In this document: piece by piece, positions 25,724-32,000 of the stretch
Layout of the letters: the number at the start of each line of letters is the position of its first letter
Numbering within the stretch: position 1 is the first letter of the stretch
NCBI RefSeq assembly: GCF_000009045.1
Contig: NC_000964.3
Span: 3,360,001 to 3,392,000 of the forward strand
Length of the DNA stretch: 32,000 nucleotides
Direction of reading: 5' to 3'
Origin: Bacillus subtilis subsp. subtilis str. 168
GTDB lineage: Bacteria > Bacillota > Bacilli > Bacillales > Bacillaceae
Made by a program: the position numbers and the translations under genes
Notes under the pieces: model-generated
What the model saw: only the letters and a program-made list of their open reading frames with translations
Database searches by the model: none
What the model was told of the DNA's origin: nothing

Positions 25724-26401
25724 TTGTCATACACCATTTATCTAGTTGAAGATGAGGATAACCTGAATGAACTGCTGACGAAGTATTTAGAGAATGAGGG
25801 CTGGAACATTACATCTTTTACGAAAGGTGAAGACGCCAGAAAGAAAATGACACCGTCTCCCCACCTATGGATTCTCGATATCATGCTGCCGGATACCGAC
25901 GGCTATACATTAATAAAAGAAATCAAGGCGAAAGATCCTGACGTGCCGGTCATTTTTATTTCCGCCCGAGATGCGGATATTGACAGAGTGCTTGGCTTAG
26001 AGCTTGGCAGCAATGACTACATTTCAAAGCCGTTTTTGCCGCGGGAGCTGATTATCCGTGTGCAAAAGCTGCTGCAGCTCGTATATAAGGAAGCTCCTCC
26101 TGTCCAAAAAAATGAAATTGCCGTCTCCTCGTATCGGGTCGCTGAAGACGCCCGCGAGGTCTATGACGAAAACGGGAATATCATCAATTTGACGTCAAAG
26201 GAATTTGATCTGCTGCTATTATTTATCCATCATAAAGGGCATCCATACTCTCGTGAGGATATCCTCCTAAAAGTGTGGGGACATGACTACTTCGGAACAG
26301 ACCGGGTCGTTGATGATCTCGTCCGGAGACTGCGCAGAAAGATGCCTGAATTGAAGGTGGAGACGATTTACGGTTTCGGCTACAGGATGATGTCATCATG
26401 A
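25724..26401 (+). CDS. cssR: OmpR-family response regulator of the secretion-stress two-component system
   Basis: 225 aa from TTG 25724. Receiver domain (LWILDIMLPDTDG) plus a winged-helix C-terminus (YGFGYRM). Its stop overlaps the cssS start (ATGA). Confidence 0.92.
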   Translation: MSYTIYLVEDEDNLNELLTKYLENEGWNITSFTKGEDARKKMTPSPHLWILDIMLPDTDGYTLIKEIKAKDPDVPVIFISARDADIDRVLGLELGSNDYISKPFLPRELIIRVQKLLQLVYKEAPPVQKNEIAVSSYRVAEDAREVYDENGNIINLTSKEFDLLLLFIHHKGHPYSREDILLKVWGHDYFGTDRVVDDLVRRLRRKMPELKVETIYGFGYRMMSS

Positions 26402-27753
26402 AAAACAAGCCGCTCGCGTTTCAGATATGGGTTGTCATATCCGGCATCCTGTTAGCGATATCGATTTTACTGCTTGTGTTATTTTCAAACACGCTGCGAG
26501 ATTTTTTCACTAATGAAACGTATACGACGATTGAAAATGAGCAGCATGTTCTGACAGAGTACCGCCTGCCAGGTTCGATTGAAAGGCGCTATTACAGCGA
26601 GGAAGCGACGGCGCCGACAACTGTCCGCTCCGTACAGCACGTGCTCCTTCCTGAAAATGAAGAGGCTTCTTCAGACAAGGATTTAAGCATTCTGTCATCT
26701 TCATTTATCCACAAGGTGTACAAGCTGGCTGATAAGCAGGAAGCTAAAAAGAAACGTTACAGCGCCGACGTCAATGGAGAGAAAGTGTTTTTTGTCATTA
26801 AAAAGGGACTTTCCGTCAATGGACAATCAGCGATGATGCTCTCTTACGCGCTTGATTCTTATCGGGACGATTTGGCCTATACCTTGTTCAAACAGCTTCT
26901 GTTTATTATAGCTGTCGTCATTTTATTAAGCTGGATTCCGGCTATTTGGCTTGCAAAGTATTTATCAAGGCCTCTTGTATCATTTGAAAAACACGTCAAA
27001 CGGATTTCTGAACAGGATTGGGATGACCCAGTAAAAGTGGACCGGAAAGATGAAATCGGCAAATTGGGCCATACCATCGAAGAGATGCGCCAAAAGCTTG
27101 TGCAAAAGGATGAAACAGAAAGAACTCTATTGCAAAATATCTCTCATGATTTAAAAACGCCGGTCATGGTCATCAGAGGCTATACACAATCAATTAAAGA
27201 CGGGATTTTTCCTAAAGGAGACCTTGAAAACACTGTAGATGTTATTGAATGCGAAGCTCTTAAGCTGGAGAAAAAAATAAAGGATTTATTATATTTAACG
27301 AAGCTGGATTATTTAGCGAAGCAAAAAGTGCAGCACGACATGTTCAGTATTGTGGAAGTGACAGAAGAAGTCATCGAACGATTGAAGTGGGCGCGGAAAG
27401 AACTATCGTGGGAAATTGATGTAGAAGAGGATATTTTGATGCCGGGCGATCCGGAGCAATGGAACAAACTCCTCGAAAACATTTTGGAAAATCAAATCCG
27501 CTATGCTGAGACAAAAATAGAAATCAGCATGAAACAAGATGATCGAAATATCGTGATCACCATTAAAAATGACGGTCCGCATATTGAAGATGAGATGCTC
27601 TCCAGCCTCTATGAGCCTTTTAATAAAGGGAAGAAAGGCGAATTCGGCATTGGTCTAAGCATCGTAAAACGAATTTTAACTCTTCATAAGGCATCTATCT
27701 CAATTGAAAATGACAAAACGGGTGTAACATACCGCATAGCAGTGCCAAAATAG
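26398..27753 (+). CDS. cssS: membrane sensor histidine kinase of the secretion-stress system
   Basis: 451 aa. Two TM segments flank an extracytoplasmic loop, followed by HAMP, the H-box ISHDLKTPV, and an HATPase domain (GIGLSIVKRI). Confidence 0.92.
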   Translation: MKNKPLAFQIWVVISGILLAISILLLVLFSNTLRDFFTNETYTTIENEQHVLTEYRLPGSIERRYYSEEATAPTTVRSVQHVLLPENEEASSDKDLSILSSSFIHKVYKLADKQEAKKKRYSADVNGEKVFFVIKKGLSVNGQSAMMLSYALDSYRDDLAYTLFKQLLFIIAVVILLSWIPAIWLAKYLSRPLVSFEKHVKRISEQDWDDPVKVDRKDEIGKLGHTIEEMRQKLVQKDETERTLLQNISHDLKTPVMVIRGYTQSIKDGIFPKGDLENTVDVIECEALKLEKKIKDLLYLTKLDYLAKQKVQHDMFSIVEVTEEVIERLKWARKELSWEIDVEEDILMPGDPEQWNKLLENILENQIRYAETKIEISMKQDDRNIVITIKNDGPHIEDEMLSSLYEPFNKGKKGEFGIGLSIVKRILTLHKASISIENDKTGVTYRIAVPK

Positions 27754-27782
27754 ACTGTAGATGTTTTGCAGTCTATTTTTTT
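27751..27782. terminator. bidirectional terminator after cssS
   Basis: TAGACTG-tagatgttttg-CAGTCTA followed by TTTTTTT. Confidence 0.75.
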
Positions 27783-27945
27783 ATGTGAAAGAATAGCCGT
27801 TAAAATCTCTGTAATTTGTTTTGAGCGGCTGTTTGCATTGATGAACCCATTTTTTCTCTGACAAGGTCTGCTTCGGATATTTGACTTTCTCCACTTTGAT
27901 TCCTCTGTTTCGCAAGCGGCTGATCATTTCGTCCAATTCTCTCAT
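27781..27945 (-). CDS. 54-aa basic small protein of unknown function
   Basis: ATG 27945 with an AAGGGTGA RBS (MRELDEMISRLRNRGIKVEKVKYPKQTLSEKKWVHQCKQPLKTNYRDFNGYSFT). It ends at the shared terminator. The track's 68-aa version has no RBS. Confidence 0.55.
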   Translation of the reverse strand: MRELDEMISRLRNRGIKVEKVKYPKQTLSEKKWVHQCKQPLKTNYRDFNGYSFT

Positions 27946-28112
27946 TCTAGATTCACCCTTTCGCTTGAGCTTTGACCATTCGGTCATCTCAATTTATAAT
28001 ATAAATAATACATGATAAAAAAACAAGTTACAATAAGGTTAATTTTATAACAGACGGTGTGACTATATGGTCATATCCTAGCAGGCCTCCGGGCTCCGAA
28101 AGGGTGGAACCA

Positions 28113-28988
28113 TTGAAGGAAAAAGAAAAACTGATTATTGAAACAGCCTTAAAACTATTTGCCCAAAAAGGATACAACTCAACATCAGTCCAGGAAATCG
28201 CAAAAGAATGCAAAATATCTAAAGGCGCTTTTTATATTTATTTTCCTTCGAAAGAAGCGCTTCTTCTCTCTATGCTGAACTACTATTATGATAAAACGTT
28301 TACCCGAATTTTAAATATTAAAACGAAGGGCGACAGCCCCAGAACGGCTTACCGTAAACAGCTGACCGTCCTCTATGAAAACATTCTTGAACACAAAGAT
28401 TTTATCAGCATGCAGTTGAAGGAGGGTTCTCTGCCTTACACAGAAGAAGTGGAGCAATGCGCAAAAAAAATCCGCCAGTCCTCACTTCAATTTCATATCG
28501 ACAGCCTGCTGAACATCTATGGAAAAAAAGCGGAACCGTACACTGCTGAGCTTTGTTTTTTAATAGAGGGCATCAGCCAGATTTACCTGGAATGCATGAT
28601 TTTGCTCGGGTACACTGTGAAGCCGTCTCAATTAGCTGATATCATTATGAATCGAATTGATGATATGGTAAAAGGCATGTCTGAACGAAACGATAAGCCT
28701 TTCATCACATTGGAAGAGGCGAGCTCTTTATTCGGACCTCTTACGCACGGACGGCCTGACCCGCTGACTGAATCAATTGTGAAAAGCCTACGTGACAAAA
28801 TTAACAGCTTAAACACAAACTCCTCTCTTGAATTATCGGAGAGCTTGGACATACTTGAAGCAGAAATGAAGAAAAAAACACCGAAGCTGGCGATCATAAA
28901 AGGAATGATTCATAATCTGACGGAGTCTGAAGCTCTCGCCAAAGATGCGGAACAGCTTAAATATTTATTAAAACAGCAACATATTTAG
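28113..28988 (+). CDS. yuxN: TetR-family transcriptional regulator
   Basis: TetR HTH: ALKLFAQKGYNSTSVQEIAKECKISKGAFYIYFPSKE. The start is uncertain. TTG 28113 has an AAAGGGTGG RBS. The ORF track opens at GTG 28059. Confidence 0.88.
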   Translation: MKEKEKLIIETALKLFAQKGYNSTSVQEIAKECKISKGAFYIYFPSKEALLLSMLNYYYDKTFTRILNIKTKGDSPRTAYRKQLTVLYENILEHKDFISMQLKEGSLPYTEEVEQCAKKIRQSSLQFHIDSLLNIYGKKAEPYTAELCFLIEGISQIYLECMILLGYTVKPSQLADIIMNRIDDMVKGMSERNDKPFITLEEASSLFGPLTHGRPDPLTESIVKSLRDKINSLNTNSSLELSESLDILEAEMKKKTPKLAIIKGMIHNLTESEALAKDAEQLKYLLKQQHI

Positions 28989-29020
28989 AAGAACGGCTGC
29001 TTAAAAAGCAGCCGTTCTTC
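28988..29020. terminator. bidirectional terminator between yuxN and citG
   Basis: GAAGAACGGCTGC-ttaaaaa-GCAGCCGTTCTTC, a perfect 13-bp stem. Confidence 0.9.
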
Positions 29021-29023
29021 CTA

Positions 29024-30412
29024 TTACGCCTTTGGTTTTACCATGTCTTCCGGCTTAACCATTTCGTTAAATTGCTCCTCTGTCAGCAATTCAAGCTTCA
29101 AAGCTGCTTCTTTGAGCGTCAATCCCTCTTTATGGGCAAGCTTGGCGATTTTCGCCGCGTTTTCATAACCGATATGCGGGTTCAGCGCCGTAACAAGCAT
29201 TAATGAATTTGACAGGTTTTCCTGAATGGTTTCTTTATTAGGCTCAATACCGACAGCACATTTATCATGGAATGAATTCATGCCGTCACTGAGCAGCTGC
29301 ACAGATTGCAGGAAGTTGTAAATAATAACAGGCTTAAACACGTTCAGTTCAAAGTTCCCCTGACTCGCCGCAAAGCCGATTGTCGCATCGTTCCCCATGA
29401 TTTGCGCTGCGATCATTGTTAACGCTTCGCTTTGTGTCGGATTGACTTTACCAGGCATAATAGAGCTTCCCGGCTCATTTTCAGGAATGACGATCTCCCC
29501 GATGCCGCAGCGGGGTCCGCTTGCGAGCCATCTGACATCGTTCGCGATTTTCATTAAGTCAGCCGCAAGCGCTTTTAATGCGCCATGCGCATAAGTGATT
29601 TCGTCATGGCTTGTCAGCGCGTGGAATTTATTCGGCGAGCTGCTGAACGTTTGGCCGGTCAGCTTAGTGATCTCTTCTGAGACAAGCTCTCCAAACTCTG
29701 GGTGGGCGTTGATACCCGTTCCGACAGCCGTTCCACCAATTGCAAGCGCACGCATTTTATCTGTCGCTTCCAAAATCATTTCCTTCGAACGGTCCAGCAT
29801 GTGAACCCATCCGCTGATTTCCTGTCCGAGGGTCAGTGGCGTAGCATCCTGAAGATGCGTGCGTCCGATTTTGACAATATCATTGTATGCTTTTGCTTTT
29901 TCATCCAGTGTATTGCGAAGCTGATCAAGCGCCGGCACAAGCTGCTCGTAAACAGCCAAAACAGCGGCAACATGCATCGCAGTCGGGAATGTGTCGTTTG
30001 AGCTTTGGCTTCGGTTCACGTCATCATTTGGATGAATCGTTTGATCAGAGTTCTTCTCTTTTAATAAAGCAGTCGCACGGTTGGCTACCACTTCGTTCAT
30101 GTTCATATTGCTTTGTGTGCCGCTTCCGGTCTGCCATACGACAAGCGGGAAGTTGTCATCGTACTTGCCTTTGAGCACATCATCACAAACCGCTGCAATC
30201 GCTTCTGCTTTTTCAGCGTCCAGATTGCCGAGGCGTTTATTAGCTAGAGCAGTGCTTCGTTTTAAAATTGCAAACGCCTTCACAACACGCATCGGCATTT
30301 TTTCAGAACCGATCTTAAAGTTCTCCTTGCTTCGCTGTGTTTGGGCGCCCCAAAATTTATCAGCAGGAACTTTTACTTCTCCCATGGTGTCTCGTTCAAT
30401 TCTGTATTCCAT
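29024..30412 (-). CDS. citG: class II fumarate hydratase
   Basis: 462 aa with a GGAGGGA RBS. Fumarate lyase signature [13 protein letters not shown] and the N-terminus [28 protein letters not shown]. Also known as fumC. Confidence 0.96.
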
Positions 30413-30451
30413 TTATGTATCCCTCCATAACGGTTGCTTCAATAGATCATA

Positions 30452-30477
30452 ATTCGCCAATGACACAAAAAATCCTT
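30452..30477 (-). promoter_or_regulatory. sigma-H-type promoter upstream of citG
   Basis: Minus strand AAAGGATTT, then a 13-14 nt spacer, then CGAAT (30456-30452), about 40 nt upstream of the citG ATG. This fits the sigma-H consensus RnAGGAwwT-N12-14-RGAAT. A sigma-H promoter for citG is known from the literature as I recall it. Confidence 0.5.
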
Positions 30478-30478
30478 T

Positions 30479-30664
30479 TTATTTTTCGATCTTGGCAGAT
30501 TTTAATTTTAATTCAAGATATACGCGGGAATCCTTTGAATATTTGTATTTTGGATTTGTCCTGCCGTACTCCTTTGATGTATAAGAGACATCATAATGCT
30601 GTTCAAATGATCTAATGAGCTGTTCAATTTCTTCTTGTTTTCCAGCTAGCCTTACCTGTGCCAC
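30479..30664 (-). CDS. 61-aa lysine-rich small protein of unknown function
   Basis: GTG 30664 with a GGAGGA RBS 7 nt upstream. Sequence: MAQVRLAGKQEEIEQLIRSFEQHYDVSYTSKEYGRTNPKYKYSKDSRVYLELKLKSAKIEK. Confidence 0.6.
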   Translation of the reverse strand: MAQVRLAGKQEEIEQLIRSFEQHYDVSYTSKEYGRTNPKYKYSKDSRVYLELKLKSAKIEK

Positions 30665-30781
30665 TTCGTATCCTCCGCTTTCATAAAAAAACTTACTCCA
30701 TGAAATACTCTAACACAGTATATCATTTTTTTAACAGGAAAAGATAACCTCTACTAAGGTTTTGGATAAGAGGTGACCTCA

Positions 30782-32000
30782 TTGGAACAAACAGAGTTTA
30801 AGGAATATATACACGATAATTTAGCATTGGTGCTGCCAAAATTAAAAGAAAACGATGATCTGGTGAAAAACAAAAAAATGCTTGCGAACGGACTGGTTTT
30901 TTACTATCTCTATTTCAGTGAAATGACTGATGAGAATAAGGTGTCAGAAGCCATTAAAACTTTGATTAAAGATGAGGAGACCTTAACGCTTGACCAGGTC
31001 AAAAAACGCCTTGACCAGCTTGACGCAAGACCTGTTGAAACTGCAAAAAAAACGATTGAATCGATTCTCAACGGCAATTGTGCTGTGTTTATCAACGGAT
31101 TGGATAAAGCCTATATTCTGACCACAGGAAAGAAAAAAACAAGAAGCCTGACAGAGCCGACAACTGAAAAAGTGGTTCGCGGCCCAAAAGTAGCGTTTGT
31201 AGAGGATATTGATACAAATCTCGCTCTGATCAGACAAAGAACCTCTCATCCGAAATTGATCACCAAAAAAATCATGATCGGCGAAAACAAGCTGAAGCCT
31301 GCAGCCATTATGTACATTGAAGGCAAAGCAAAAAAGTCCGTCATAAAAGAAGTGAAGGCGCGGCTTAAAAATATCCAGCTGGAAGATATCCAGGACAGCG
31401 GAACGCTCGAGGAGCTCATTGAAGATAATAAATATTCACCATTTCCGCAGATACAAAATACGGAAAGACCTGACAAAGTATCTTCAGCCCTGTTTAACGG
31501 CCGTGTGGCAATTTTGGTCGACAGTTCACCATTTGTGCTGCTGGTGCCGGTTTCTCTCGGCATCCTGATGCAATCCCCGGATGACTACTATGAACGCTGG
31601 ATTTCAGCATCTCTTATCCGGTCGCTGCGCTTTGCTTCTATCTTTATCACCTTGTTTTTGTCATCGATTTATATAACACTTGTTTCCTTCCATCAGGGGC
31701 TGCTGCCGACCGCACTCGCCGTCACGATTTCGGCGAACAGGGAAAACGTGCCGTTCCCTCCGATATTTGAAGCCCTGCTGATGGAAGTCACCATCGAGCT
31801 GCTAAGGGAAGCCGGACTGCGACTCCCCAATCCGCTCGGACAGACGATCGGCCTCGTTGGGGGCGTAGTCATCGGACAGGCTGCTGTAGAAGCGAATCTC
31901 GTCAGTTCGATTTTGGTCATTGTCGTCAGTGTCATTGCCCTGGCATCCTTTACCGTTCCTCAATACGGAATGGGTCTGTCTTTCCGGGTGCTGCGTTTTA
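30782..32000 (+). CDS. gerAA: spore germination receptor subunit GerAA (N-terminal ~406 codons; continues past the window)
   Basis: TTG 30782 with an AAGAGGTGA RBS. The frame is open to the window end, so it is not in the ORF track. Translation MEQTEFKEYIHDNLALVLPKLKEND...PFPQIQNTERPDKV...SPDDYYERW... is GerA-family A-subunit sequence with TM segments at the end. Confidence 0.93.
   Translation, partial: MEQTEFKEYIHDNLALVLPKLKENDDLVKNKKMLANGLVFYYLYFSEMTDENKVSEAIKTLIKDEETLTLDQVKKRLDQLDARPVETAKKTIESILNGNCAVFINGLDKAYILTTGKKKTRSLTEPTTEKVVRGPKVAFVEDIDTNLALIRQRTSHPKLITKKIMIGENKLKPAAIMYIEGKAKKSVIKEVKARLKNIQLEDIQDSGTLEELIEDNKYSPFPQIQNTERPDKVSSALFNGRVAILVDSSPFVLLVPVSLGILMQSPDDYYERWISASLIRSLRFASIFITLFLSSIYITLVSFHQGLLPTALAVTISANRENVPFPPIFEALLMEVTIELLREAGLRLPNPLGQTIGLVGGVVIGQAAVEANLVSSILVIVVSVIALASFTVPQYGMGLSFRVLRF

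Noticed and set aside
30700-30765. Attempt to place the sigma-G promoter of gerA (TGAAAT-N17-CATTTTT, GTATA at 30718-30722, TCTACTA at 30750-30756)
   Set aside because: No candidate pair satisfies both the -35 and -10 consensus at the correct spacing. I cannot localise the promoter from sequence alone, so it is not reported as a feature.

Overview
This window reads as core Bacillus subtilis chromosome (168-type, sufC to gerAA). That call comes from recognising the translated proteins and the gene order from memory. No database search was run.

Gene content, in order:
- Minus strand: sufC (3' end cut by the window edge), yurZ, and the metNPQ methionine ABC importer behind an S-box/SAM-I riboswitch.
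- Minus strand: the compact yusD-yusE-yusF-yusG-gcvH-yusI cluster, then the fadNAE beta-oxidation operon with a FadR-type palindrome.
- A 48-codon SASP-like ORF (+), fadM (-), and two CotF-like spore-coat genes (+).
- yusO (MarR) with mdtP (MFS exporter) on the plus strand.
- yusQ plus a short-chain dehydrogenase (SDR) gene split by an in-frame amber codon (yusS/yusR), divergent from the LysR regulator yusT.
- yusU, the Fur-box-controlled orphan ABC ATPase yusV, and the lipoprotein yusW.
- A frameshifted M3B oligoendopeptidase (yusX, two fragments), the SDR yusZ, and mrgA (Dps) with a perfect PerR box.
- htrB divergent from cssRS, the TetR regulator yuxN, fumarase citG with a sigma-H-type promoter, and the first ~406 codons of gerAA running off the 3' edge.

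Negative results: I see no rRNA or tRNA genes, CRISPR arrays, transposases, integrases, prophage genes or recognisable defence modules. I do not see a large uncharacterised multi-gene system either, so this looks like an ordinary, densely annotated region.

The items worth a second look are small-scale:
- a 27-codon hydrophobic upstream ORF and a ~90% purine tract in the htrB leader;
- two strain-type pseudogenes (one amber codon, one 1-nt frameshift);
- sub-60-aa ORFs that the ORF track misses;
- an 11-bp tandem repeat just upstream of sufC;
- several operator-like palindromes.

Most long plus/minus 'shadow' ORFs in the track are antisense artefacts of the real genes.
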